In this document: one piece after another, positions 19,915 through 29,166 of the stretch | Position numbering within the stretch: the stretch's first letter is position 1 | Layout of the letters: each line of letters opens with the position of its first letter | NCBI GenBank assembly: GCA_044869275.1 | Contig: JBIOXB010000239.1 | Span: 1-64,000 of the forward strand | Source of the DNA: a bacterium | GTDB taxonomy: Bacteria; Zhuqueibacterota; Zhuqueibacteria; Zhuqueibacterales; Zhuqueibacteraceae | Reading direction: 5' to 3' | DNA length: 64,000 nt | Translations under genes and position numbers: made by a program | The notes under the pieces: generated by a model | Seen by the model: the letters and a program-made list of their open reading frames with translations, nothing else | Databases searched by the model: none | Told to the model about the DNA's origin: nothing

Positions 19915-21498
19915 TTGAAACATAAATTCTGTCATTCACCTTATATGACCGCGAGCTTCACCCTTAAGCGTCGCCATGGAGCGGTGCTTGTTTTGCTCGT
20001 CGGTATGATAGTACTGCTGCCCATCCATTCGTTCGCCCAACTTGCCGCCAACAAAAGCAAGTTTGTGGGCAACATTATTGGCAACGGAAATAACCTCCGT
20101 GCCGCGAATTTTAAGAAATATTGGAATCAGGTCACCGCCGAAAATGCCGGCAAGTGGGGCAGCGTCGAATTCAGCCCGGGCATATACAACTGGACGCAGC
20201 TCGACAACATCTACAATTTTGCGAAGACCAACGGTCTTCCTTACAAGCATCATACTCTCATTTGGGGAAATCAACAGCCTGGTTTCATCGCCGGTCTTGA
20301 TTCGGCGAGTCAGTATCAAGAAATTGAAAACTGGATCATGGCGGTCGGCCAGCGATATCCTGAGATGGATTTCTGCGACGTTGTCAACGAGCCTCTTCAC
20401 GCTCCTCCATCCTACAAAAACGCGTTGGGAGGTGATGGCGCCACGGGCTGGGATTGGGTCATCAAGGCGTTCGAATTGGCGAGGCAATATCTGTCCGCGA
20501 ACACAGAACTGCATTTAAATGAGTACAGTGTCATTAATGACGGTTCGGCAAATGCCCGCTTCCTTGAGATCATTAACTTGCTAAAAGATCGGGGATTGAT
20601 CGACGGTATCGGCGTGCAGGGTCATTATTTCGAAGTGGATGGCGGCGCTTCCATGATCACCTTGCATAACAATTTGAACAATCTCGCCGCCACTGGACTA
20701 CCCATCTACATTACCGAATTTGACATCAACCAACAAAACGACGACACGCAATTGCAGAGATACCAGACCATATTCCCCGTACTTTATGAACACCCGGGAG
20801 TTTATGGGATAACGTTGTGGGGATATGTACAGTACGAAACATGGCGACCCTACACGTATTTGGTTACGGATCGCCTCGCCGAACGCCCCGCGCTCCAATG
20901 GCTGCGCACGTATCTCGCCAGTCCGCTGCGGCCTGTGCTTCTTTCTCCCGTTGGAACAACGGGAGAGCCGCGTAATCCCGTTTTGAGTTGGCATGCTTCG
21001 GCGTCCGCAACCTCATACCAGCTCCAGGTTGCAGGCAATAGCACGTTCTCAACTGTTGTCGTTGACACCACCGTCGCTGACACGCTCCTGCAATTGCGCC
21101 CTCTTGAGGCGAACACGAGATACTACTGGCGTGTGCGCGCGGCGAACGAACACGGGACGAGTGCATACTCGGTTGCGGCAAGTTTCATGACCGGAGATCA
21201 AATCACAGCTGTCGACGAATTCGCAGAATTACCAACAGAGTTCGGGTTGTCTGAAAATTACCCAAACCCATTTAACCCCACAACCAGTCTGCAGTATTTT
21301 GTGGGGAGCCCTCGACATGTTAGCTTAAAAGTTTATGACGCATTGGGACACGTAATCGCAACGCTGGTGGATGAAAGAAAGCCCGCGGGCCACTACCGCG
21401 CCACTTTTGAGGCAAGAGGATTTGCAAGTGGTGTCTATTTCATGAGATTATCTGCAGGTGAATTTGTCGCCATGAGAAAGGCGATTCTGATGCGATAA
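19915..21498 (+). CDS. GH10 endo-xylanase + Fn3-like domain + C-terminal sorting domain
   Basis: VTAENAGKWGSVE, HHTLIWGNQQP, DVVNEP, GVQGH, ITEFD; YYWRVRA Fn3 motif; ENYPNPFNP tail. Exact start uncertain. Confidence 0.92.
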   Translation: MKHKFCHSPYMTASFTLKRRHGAVLVLLVGMIVLLPIHSFAQLAANKSKFVGNIIGNGNNLRAANFKKYWNQVTAENAGKWGSVEFSPGIYNWTQLDNIYNFAKTNGLPYKHHTLIWGNQQPGFIAGLDSASQYQEIENWIMAVGQRYPEMDFCDVVNEPLHAPPSYKNALGGDGATGWDWVIKAFELARQYLSANTELHLNEYSVINDGSANARFLEIINLLKDRGLIDGIGVQGHYFEVDGGASMITLHNNLNNLAATGLPIYITEFDINQQNDDTQLQRYQTIFPVLYEHPGVYGITLWGYVQYETWRPYTYLVTDRLAERPALQWLRTYLASPLRPVLLSPVGTTGEPRNPVLSWHASASATSYQLQVAGNSTFSTVVVDTTVADTLLQLRPLEANTRYYWRVRAANEHGTSAYSVAASFMTGDQITAVDEFAELPTEFGLSENYPNPFNPTTSLQYFVGSPRHVSLKVYDALGHVIATLVDERKPAGHYRATFEARGFASGVYFMRLSAGEFVAMRKAILMR

Positions 21499-21576
21499 GG
21501 ACAAGCTGGTGCACTGTTACCTTAAAAAATATAACCTCAGGTATGATATTCTGAAAGAATCAAGGAGGATGCAAAC

Positions 21577-22740
21577 ATGCCCATCAGAGATTTGACCGCA
21601 CAAGCAAGGCGCCGCACGCCGGAGGAACTCATCGCGCATCTGAAGAGTTTTCAGCTGGACCTGAAATTCTCCGCAGGTGTTTGGTTCTTCTCCCCTCCTG
21701 CCAGCCGCTTTCACGACAAGTACAAAGCTGATCTCAATCTGGAGCAAAGGCTCGAGATCGCCGCAAGTTTGAAGGATTACGGACTCGCGGGCTTGGAAGC
21801 GCATTATCCCAACGAAGTCAATGAAGACAACCTTCCGCTTTGGAAGAAGTTCGTCAAAGACACGGGTATCAAACTCATTACCGCCATTCCGCTGTTGTTT
21901 TATGATAAACAATTTGAGTTCGGCTCGCTTTCGAACCCGATAGCTGAAAAGCGCCAGTTGGCGGTGGAGCGCACGAAGAAATGTTTTCAGCTTGCCAAAG
22001 AAATCGACGTGGATTTCTCCATTATTTGGGCCGGCATCGACGGCTACGAAAATCCTTTCGGCATCGATTTTATCGCCATGCGCCAGCGTTTTGCCGAAGG
22101 CATTGCCGAAGCGCTGGAGGCTGTGCCGGGGGTTCGAGTGGCCTTTGAACCCAAACCTTATGAGCCGCGAGGCCGCATCCTTTATGGGTTGACTCCAGAG
22201 GGTGTCCTGCTGGGCCAGCAAGTCGAGGCCCTGTTGAAGCATGAAAAAAACCGCGCGCTCTTGCAGCAAGGGCACAAGCTGGTTTGTATGAATCCGGAAA
22301 TCGGCCATTTGCTCATGGGCTTCGAAGATTTGCCCTACGCTTTGAGCTGGCCATTGTCCGAAGGCCGTTTGGCGCACACGCACTGGAACAGCCAGCCCTT
22401 GGGCAATTACGACCAGGACTTGAACGTGGGCGTTATCTCTCCGGAACAACTGGAAGCAGGTTTATACGTCCTGAAAATGCACAGCTACAACGGCTATTTC
22501 GGCATCGATGTAAACCCGGAGCGCATGCCGGTGGACGTGGCCTTGAAAAACTCGATGGATGCTCTGCGCGCTGCCAATGATCGCATCAACGGTTTGGATC
22601 ATGAGCGCATGATTGAGGCGGCTATGAAACCCGATCAAAAACGCGGCTGGATCGAAGCCTACTTGACGCGCGCGCGCGCCTCCCATCCGGAAAAGTTGCC
22701 GCCGCTGGAGCAAGCGGTGCATTCAAATTTTGCTTCCTAG
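21577..22740 (+). CDS. xylA: xylose isomerase-like TIM-barrel sugar isomerase (class I-like motifs)
   Basis: EPKPYEPR, NPEIGH, YDQDL metal-binding motifs; AAGGAGG RBS; xylan context. Confidence 0.75.
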   Translation: MPIRDLTAQARRRTPEELIAHLKSFQLDLKFSAGVWFFSPPASRFHDKYKADLNLEQRLEIAASLKDYGLAGLEAHYPNEVNEDNLPLWKKFVKDTGIKLITAIPLLFYDKQFEFGSLSNPIAEKRQLAVERTKKCFQLAKEIDVDFSIIWAGIDGYENPFGIDFIAMRQRFAEGIAEALEAVPGVRVAFEPKPYEPRGRILYGLTPEGVLLGQQVEALLKHEKNRALLQQGHKLVCMNPEIGHLLMGFEDLPYALSWPLSEGRLAHTHWNSQPLGNYDQDLNVGVISPEQLEAGLYVLKMHSYNGYFGIDVNPERMPVDVALKNSMDALRAANDRINGLDHERMIEAAMKPDQKRGWIEAYLTRARASHPEKLPPLEQAVHSNFAS

Positions 22741-22758
22741 TAGTATGTCATGTTTTGG

Positions 22759-22827
22759 AACCGCTAATTAACGCGAATGTACGCTAATATGTGCTCAATT
22801 CGCGTTTATTAGCGTCTATTCGCGGTT
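22759..22827. repeat. short-period inverted repeat (ACGCGAAT/ACGCTAAT units)
   Basis: AACCGCTAATTAACGCGAATGTACGCTAAT ... ATTCGCGTTTATTAGCGTCTATTCGCGGTT. Confidence 0.75.
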
Positions 22828-22833
22828 TGAGAA

Positions 22834-25296
22834 ATGGGAAAGTTGCTTGATTCCCAATCTTTAGCGTTTCAGCCTCAAATCAGAAGGCATCCCATGTTTA
22901 CTGCCTTGCTGCTTCTTATGCTGGCGCTCTCAGACCAACCAGCTTTCGTCAAAACACCGAAGGCGCGGTCTCTTCCTGAGCCTGGAGCGCCACAATTTTC
23001 TCGCGCCTTCAAAGCGCTGGTATTCAGCAAAACCGCGGGCTTTCGCCATGCCTCCATACCACACGGGATTGCAGCCATTCAGAAATTGGGAATGGAGAAT
23101 GGCTTCGAGGTGAGTGCCACGGAAGATGCTGGACTATTTACCGACGCCATTTTGGCACAATACCAAGTCGTCATTCTTTTGAGCACCACAGGTGACGTGC
23201 TGAACAGTACTCAGCAGGCTGCTTTTGAGAGATACGTGCAGGCCGGCGGCGGATATGCTGGCATTCACGCGGCGGCAGACACGGAATACGGTTGGGCATG
23301 GTATGGCAATCTCGTCGGCGCATACTTTCAAAGCCATCCCAATATTCAGCCGGCGACCATCGTCGTAGCCGACCGGAGTCATCCCTCCACAAAACCTCTG
23401 CCTGAACGCTGGCCGCGCACGGATGAATGGTATAATTTTCAAATCAACCCGCGTGGGAAAGTGCACGTGTTGGCAACACTGGATGAACGCACTTATTCCG
23501 GCGGCGCCGATGGCTACGACCATCCCCTCGCCTGGTGCCAGGAGTATGACGGCGGCCGCGCTTGGTACACGGCGCTGGGCCACACCGAAGCCAGCTTCAC
23601 CGAGCCGCTGTTTCTGCAACATCTCCTGGGCGGCATTCTGTTTGCCGCAGGAGTTGTCGCTGCAGATGCCGGCGCCACAATCGACGCGAGCTTTGAAAAA
23701 ATCGTTTTGGACGACAATACTCTCGATCCTATGTCTTTGGCCGTCGCGCCCGATGGCAGAGTGTTTTATGTCCAGCGCGCCGGGGCCGTGAAGATCTACA
23801 ATCCCGCGGATTCGACCATTAAAATAGCAGGCAACCTCGCCGTGACGACGATGCATGAAGACGGACTGCTGGGCCTGGCGCTCGATCCTGATTTCGCGGT
23901 GAATAATTGGATTTACTTGTTCTATTCCCCCACGGGAATCGTAGCGAAACAGAATGTCTCGCGTTTTACGCTGGCCGGTGATCGGCTCGACATGGGGTCA
24001 GAAAAAGTATTGCTCGAGATTCCCACGCAGCGTGAGCAGTGTTGCCATTCCGCCGGTTCGTTGGCGTTCGGACCCGAGGGCAACCTATATATCTCCACCG
24101 GCGACAACACCAATCCGTTCGAATCGAGCGGCTATGCCCCCATCGATGAGCGCACGGGGCGCGCGGCATGGGATGCACAAAAGTCATCATCCAACACGCA
24201 GGACTTGCGCGGCAAAATTTTGCGCATCACGCCGCAAGCGAATGGCGGCTACACCATTCCCGCCGGCAACCTCTTTCCGCCCGATGGCTCGGCGGGCCGG
24301 CCGGAAATTTACGTGATGGGTTGCCGCAATCCGTTTCGGATTTCCGTGGATCGGAAAACCGGGTGGCTGTATTGGGGTGAAGTCGGTCCGGATGCCCAAA
24401 ACCCGACTCCGGCGCGCGGGCCACGAGGCTATGACGAGTGGAATCAAGCGCGCGCCGCCGGCAATTTTGGCTGGCCCTACTGCATCGGCGATAATCAGGC
24501 GTATGTCGAATATAACTTTGCCAGCGGCCTTTCCGGTGCAGCTTTCGATTGCGATAATCCCGTAAACAATTCGCCCAACAATACCGGCGTGAGTGCGCTG
24601 CCGCCGGCAAAGCCGGCCTGGATTTGGTATCCCTACGCCCTGTCGCCAGAATTTCCCGAGCTCGAAACCGGCGGCAGAACCGCCATGGCCGGCCCAATTT
24701 ATCATTATGATGCGAATCTCGATTCAATCGTCAAGCTGCCTGAATATTATGACCAAACGCTTTTCATTTACGAATGGTCGCGCAGCTGGATCAAAGAGGT
24801 CAAGCTGGATGCGGATGGAAACGTTCTAAAGATCAATCCCTTTCTCGACAGCTTCGAATTCAGGCGTCCAATGGATATGGAGCTCGGGCCCGACGGCGCC
24901 CTTTACATGCTGGAGTGGGGAAGCGGTTTTGCCGGCGGCAATAGTGATTCAAAGCTGATCCGCGTGCAGTATAAGGGAAGCCAGTTGCCGCCCGTCGGAG
25001 TTGAAGCTCGGCCCGAAATCAACTCCCCTCCTGCTTTCGCTCTGGCGCAGAACTATCCGAACCCCTTCAATCCCACGACCACGATTTACTACGAGCTGCC
25101 GGTTTCCAGCAAAGTGGATTTGAGTATTTACAATTTGCTCGGGCAAAAGGTGGCAGCACTTGTCTCCACCCGCCAGGTTGCCGGCAGCCATACAGTTGAA
25201 TGGGATGCCGCCGCTTTTCCGGGCGGCGTGTATATCTACAGATTGGAAACGAACACGGGTTTCGTTCAAACCAAGAAACTGATTCTGCTGAAATGA
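22834..25296 (+). CDS. ThuA-like domain + PQQ-dependent (GSDH-type) sugar dehydrogenase domain + C-terminal sorting domain
   Basis: VFSKTAGFRHASI, GIHAAADTEY, DEWYNF, WYTALGH; CCHSAG, DLRGKILRI, MGCRNPFR, GPDGALY; QNYPNPFNP tail. Start may be ATG 22894. Confidence 0.88.
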   Translation: MGKLLDSQSLAFQPQIRRHPMFTALLLLMLALSDQPAFVKTPKARSLPEPGAPQFSRAFKALVFSKTAGFRHASIPHGIAAIQKLGMENGFEVSATEDAGLFTDAILAQYQVVILLSTTGDVLNSTQQAAFERYVQAGGGYAGIHAAADTEYGWAWYGNLVGAYFQSHPNIQPATIVVADRSHPSTKPLPERWPRTDEWYNFQINPRGKVHVLATLDERTYSGGADGYDHPLAWCQEYDGGRAWYTALGHTEASFTEPLFLQHLLGGILFAAGVVAADAGATIDASFEKIVLDDNTLDPMSLAVAPDGRVFYVQRAGAVKIYNPADSTIKIAGNLAVTTMHEDGLLGLALDPDFAVNNWIYLFYSPTGIVAKQNVSRFTLAGDRLDMGSEKVLLEIPTQREQCCHSAGSLAFGPEGNLYISTGDNTNPFESSGYAPIDERTGRAAWDAQKSSSNTQDLRGKILRITPQANGGYTIPAGNLFPPDGSAGRPEIYVMGCRNPFRISVDRKTGWLYWGEVGPDAQNPTPARGPRGYDEWNQARAAGNFGWPYCIGDNQAYVEYNFASGLSGAAFDCDNPVNNSPNNTGVSALPPAKPAWIWYPYALSPEFPELETGGRTAMAGPIYHYDANLDSIVKLPEYYDQTLFIYEWSRSWIKEVKLDADGNVLKINPFLDSFEFRRPMDMELGPDGALYMLEWGSGFAGGNSDSKLIRVQYKGSQLPPVGVEARPEINSPPAFALAQNYPNPFNPTTTIYYELPVSSKVDLSIYNLLGQKVAALVSTRQVAGSHTVEWDAAAFPGGVYIYRLETNTGFVQTKKLILLK

Positions 25297-25300
25297 AAAG

Positions 25301-25380
25301 TAAAGCGTAATACGTGATGCGTGGTCGGCTTTTACACTGTACATTTTACGTTTCACGTCTTACGACTCACGTCTTACGAG
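25301..25380. repeat. heptamer-periodic imperfect inverted repeat
   Basis: GCGTAATACGTGATGCGTG ... TTTTACG TTTCACG TCTTACG ACTCACG TCTTACG. Confidence 0.65.
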
Positions 25381-25416
25381 CAACCTCACTCCTGAAACGA
25401 AGAAAGGTGATCCTCC

Positions 25417-26811
25417 ATGCCGCTGGAATCACAAAAGCTCTCGCTTAAAGAAAAGATCGGTTACAGTTTGGGCGACACGGCCTCGAATTTGTTTTTTCAA
25501 TCCTTCATTTTATTTCTACCTATTTTTTACACGGATGTGTTCGGGTTGCCTGCTGCTGCGATGGGGACGCTGTTTCTGTTTACCAGAATTTTCGACGCGG
25601 CGAACGATCCGATCATGGGCACGATTGCCGACCGAACGAACACGCGCTGGGGAAAATTTCGACCGTATATACTTTGCTTTGCCATCCCCTTTGGCATCGC
25701 GGGCGTGTTGACGTTTACCACTCCCGGGTTCGACGCGACGGGCAAACTCATCTATGCGTATCTCACTTACAATTTGCTGATGGTAATGTACACCATCGTG
25801 AACGTTCCCTATTCTGCGCTCATGGGGGTGATTACGCCAAATTCCATGGAACGCACGGAAGTGTCATCCTATCGCTTTGTCGCAGCCTTTGTCGGTGCTT
25901 TAATCGTGCAGGCCTCCACCATCAACCTGGTAAAATATTTTGGCCAGGGCAATGACGCCGTGGGCTGGCAATGGGCGATGGGATGCCTCGCCGCCTTGGC
26001 GGCCGTGTTATTCTTCGTTACTTTTATGACGACCAAAGAAAGGGTTCATCCTCCTAAAGAACAGAAGAGCGAATTCAAAAAAGACATAAAGGATTTATTC
26101 ACCAACAAACCCTGGCTGCTCATTGCCGGCGCGACGGTTTTTCAGCTCACCTACATCGTCATGCGCGGCTCTTCCATTGCATATTATTTCAAATACTATG
26201 TCGGCGATCAACGGCTCAATCTCTTCGGCAAGGTCATCGCGCTTTCGCAAGAAACGTTTACTTCTTCGTTCTTCTTGTCGGGCAGCATCGCGACCATCAT
26301 CGGCGTCGTTCTCACCAAATGGTTCTCGAAGATTCTTGACAAGAAAAACACGTACGCGGGATTTTTGATCGCCAGTGCCGCGATCAATGCCGCGTTTTAT
26401 TTTGCGCGTCCTCAGGATGTTGTTCTCATCTATGTTCTCAACCTTTTGGTCTCGTTCCTTTTCGGGCCCGTGTCGGTGCTGCAATGGGCCATGTACACCG
26501 ATACCGCTGATTATTCCGAATGGAAAAACCGGCGGCGCGCCACCGCTCTGCTCATGGCAGCATCTCTATTTGCGCTCAAATTGGGACTGGCTTTGGGCGG
26601 CACCCTCGTTGGCTGGATACTCGCTTTTTATGGATTTGTCGCCAATCAAACCCAAACGCCGGAAGCGATGACCGGCATTGTATTGCTCTTGAGTCTTTTC
26701 CCCTCGATTTTCGGAATTGCCGGCGGCTTGTTGATGCTGCGATATCCGCTGACGAATAAAATGATGGTGACGATAGAGGAAGACTTAACCGCCAGAAGAA
26801 GGGCAGCATAA
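25417..26811 (+). CDS. glycoside-pentoside-hexuronide (GPH) MFS symporter, probable xyloside importer
   Basis: EKIGYSLGD, RIFDAANDPIMGTIADRT..RWGKFRPY, NVPYSAL, DTADYSEWK; about 12 hydrophobic segments. Confidence 0.92.
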   Translation: MPLESQKLSLKEKIGYSLGDTASNLFFQSFILFLPIFYTDVFGLPAAAMGTLFLFTRIFDAANDPIMGTIADRTNTRWGKFRPYILCFAIPFGIAGVLTFTTPGFDATGKLIYAYLTYNLLMVMYTIVNVPYSALMGVITPNSMERTEVSSYRFVAAFVGALIVQASTINLVKYFGQGNDAVGWQWAMGCLAALAAVLFFVTFMTTKERVHPPKEQKSEFKKDIKDLFTNKPWLLIAGATVFQLTYIVMRGSSIAYYFKYYVGDQRLNLFGKVIALSQETFTSSFFLSGSIATIIGVVLTKWFSKILDKKNTYAGFLIASAAINAAFYFARPQDVVLIYVLNLLVSFLFGPVSVLQWAMYTDTADYSEWKNRRRATALLMAASLFALKLGLALGGTLVGWILAFYGFVANQTQTPEAMTGIVLLLSLFPSIFGIAGGLLMLRYPLTNKMMVTIEEDLTARRRAA

Positions 26812-26894
26812 ACTTCCGGCGTTGGCGAGGGTGAAAGCAAGGTTGCGCTATCGGGAGATGCTTCTGTACTTTGCGGGGCTGGCCTTGGGCCGGA

Positions 26895-27428
26895 TCACTC
26901 TTGCTTTCGCGCATGCCGTGGGGAAGACACGTGAACGATCAAGTCATAACGTTGTTCTCGTAAAGGTTTGCCAAAAGCAGAGGATTCTTTTTCTTCTGTT
27001 AGTTTGAAGCCGTGCCGGCGGTAGAGAGCAGCAGCGGCGGACAGCTCGTGTGTGGTCCAGAGATAGGCCGATCGAAAATCACCAAGATGCAGGAACTCCA
27101 TGAATTGCTGCATCAACTTTTTGCCCAGACCAAGGCCTCTATATTCCGGGCGAATGATGAAATACCGCAGTTGTGCCGCGCGGTTTTCCTTGTGCATTAA
27201 CAACAGGAATCCGATCATGGTTTCGTGGTGTTCACAAATCCAGACGCGATCTTTCTTGGGATCGTAGTTTTTGTAGAATTCATGCAGGCCCAGCGCCACA
27301 TAGGCCTCGAATTCGATGCCATAGCCATACTCGCTTCCGTACAGCAGGCCATGGAGATGGATGACATAACCCAAATCACCCGGGATCAAAGTGTTTCTGA
27401 TGCGAATGTCTTCAAGTTTGATCTCCAT
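26895..27428 (-). CDS. GNAT family N-acetyltransferase
   Basis: AQLRYFIIRPEYRGLGLGKKL, AAALYRRHGF; AAGGAGG RBS. Confidence 0.9.
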   Translation of the reverse strand: MEIKLEDIRIRNTLIPGDLGYVIHLHGLLYGSEYGYGIEFEAYVALGLHEFYKNYDPKKDRVWICEHHETMIGFLLLMHKENRAAQLRYFIIRPEYRGLGLGKKLMQQFMEFLHLGDFRSAYLWTTHELSAAAALYRRHGFKLTEEKESSAFGKPLREQRYDLIVHVSSPRHARKQE

Positions 27429-27867
27429 GGTTCTCCTCCTTTTTTCTCAGGAGCTCTTGGAGCCGGCGCATGAGTGACATGATTTCATTCTTTTCCTCCG
27501 GTGTAAGGTGCTCGAGGATTGCGGCCACCGATGCTTCCGACTGTTCATTAAGCTTGAGGAACGTTGCTTCCCCCTTTTTGCTGAGCGACAAGACGAACAC
27601 CCTGCCGTCGCTGGGCGATTGTTTTCTGGTGATCAAGCCTCGCTTGATCAGCTTATCAATGGTGCGGCTGAGATAGCCTTCATCGACTTGCAGGATTTTC
27701 TTGATTTTTCTGGCGGTGCAGATCGGATCATGGAAGATCTCATACAGGATGCGAACTTCGGTCAAGGAATACGGGCTGTGCAAAATATGTCGATCAACTA
27801 CGCCGATGATGTTGGTGTAGAAACGGTTGAATGCGCGCATGGCTTTGATGGCTTTCGAGTTTCGCAT
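27412..27867 (-). CDS. MarR family transcriptional regulator
   Basis: RAFNRFYT, YSLTEVRILYEI, DEGYLSR, SPSDGR...LSKKG. Start re-assigned to ATG 27867 because the longer ORF overlaps the divergent GH10. Confidence 0.88.
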   Translation of the reverse strand: MRNSKAIKAMRAFNRFYTNIIGVVDRHILHSPYSLTEVRILYEIFHDPICTARKIKKILQVDEGYLSRTIDKLIKRGLITRKQSPSDGRVFVLSLSKKGEATFLKLNEQSEASVAAILEHLTPEEKNEIMSLMRRLQELLRKKEENHGDQT

Positions 27868-27886
27868 ATGACCGCAGGATAAGAAA

Positions 27887-27909
27887 AATACTTGCCAAAA
27901 GCAAGTATT
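27887..27909. promoter_or_regulatory. perfect palindrome, candidate MarR operator
   Basis: AATACTTGC-CAAAA-GCAAGTATT in the short divergent gap between marR and the GH10 gene. Confidence 0.65.
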
Positions 27910-27925
27910 AAATATGGAGCCGTGA

Positions 27926-29062
27926 ATGAGAACGCGACCGCTAAATCCAATAACCGTGACCATGGCGATAACCTCGACGCTGGCCCTCCTGGCCCTTGCT
28001 TTCATGGACCGGCCCGCGCTCAAGCAGGTCTTTGAAAAGCACTTTTACATTGGTGCAGCCTTAAGTTACGATCAAATCATGGGCAAGGACGCCGCGGCCA
28101 TGGCGCTCGTCAAAGAACAATTCAACAGTATCACCTCCGAAAATATTTTGAAATGGGAACGCGTTCATCCCGAGCCGGAGCGCTATGACTTCGAACCGGC
28201 AGATCGGTTCGTCGAATTTGGTGAAAAGCACAAAATGTTCATCGTCGGCCATACCCTGCTTTGGCATCAGCAGACGCCGGGCTGGGTATTTGAAAACGGC
28301 GCAGGAAAACCGTCGGACCGTGAAATGTTGCTGCAACGATTGCGCGACCATATCTTTGCCGTGGCCGGCCGCTATAAAGGCCGCATTCATGGCTGGGACG
28401 TAGTGAACGAAGCCGTTGAAGATGATGGCAGGCTGCGCAAATCCAAATGGCTGGAGATCATCGGACCGGATTACGTTCAAAAAGCCTTCGAGTTTGCGCG
28501 CGAGGCCGATCCGAAGGCCGAGCTGTACTACAATGATTTTAATCTATGGAAAAAAGAAAAAGCTGACGCCGTGGTTCGGCTGGTTCGCGATCTACAAGCC
28601 AAAGGCATTCGCGTTGACGGCATCGGCGAGCAAGGACATTGGGGCCTCGATTATCCCGCCCTCAACGAAGCTGAAGCCGCCCTTCAGGCTCTCGCCGCGC
28701 TGGGCGTGAAGGTGATGATCACGGAGTTGGATATTACCGCCTTGCCCAATCCCGAGGACTGGAGCGGCGCGGCGGATATTTCGCGGAACGATGAATTGCG
28801 AAAGCATCTCAATCCATACCCGCAAGCGCTACCTGATTCCATGCAGCAGGTTTTGGCCAAACGTTACGCCGAGTGTTTTGTGCTTTTCCACAAACACCGC
28901 GACAACATCAGCCGCGTGACTTTTTGGGGCGTGAACGACGGCCAGTCGTGGCTCAACAACTGGCCCGTGAGAGGACGAACCAATTACCCTCTGTTGTTCG
29001 ATCGTGACTATCAGCCCAAGCCGGCTTTTGAAGCGGTAATGCAAACCATGCAAGCGCAGTGA
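27926..29062 (+). CDS. GH10 endo-1,4-beta-xylanase (single domain)
   Basis: ENILKW, GHTLLWHQQTP, WDVVNEA, YYNDF, QGHW, ITELD, RVTFWG, RTNYPLLFD. Confidence 0.94.
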   Translation: MRTRPLNPITVTMAITSTLALLALAFMDRPALKQVFEKHFYIGAALSYDQIMGKDAAAMALVKEQFNSITSENILKWERVHPEPERYDFEPADRFVEFGEKHKMFIVGHTLLWHQQTPGWVFENGAGKPSDREMLLQRLRDHIFAVAGRYKGRIHGWDVVNEAVEDDGRLRKSKWLEIIGPDYVQKAFEFAREADPKAELYYNDFNLWKKEKADAVVRLVRDLQAKGIRVDGIGEQGHWGLDYPALNEAEAALQALAALGVKVMITELDITALPNPEDWSGAADISRNDELRKHLNPYPQALPDSMQQVLAKRYAECFVLFHKHRDNISRVTFWGVNDGQSWLNNWPVRGRTNYPLLFDRDYQPKPAFEAVMQTMQAQ

Positions 29063-29166
29063 CGCGACATTCATGTCGCCATGCGCTGATGTAATATTTG
29101 AATGAACCTGGCTTGAACGAAAGCCATCTCATGTCCTCTGAATATTTCTATGGAATGAAAGACTCT

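Noticed and set aside
26895..27867. Possible frameshifted MarR-GNAT fusion pseudogene
   Set aside because: The GNAT ORF has its own strong AAGGAGG RBS and ATG, so two genes is the simpler reading.
27868..28023. Extended MarR N-terminus
   Set aside because: It overlaps the divergent GH10 start and the palindrome; the MarR-like sequence begins at 27867.
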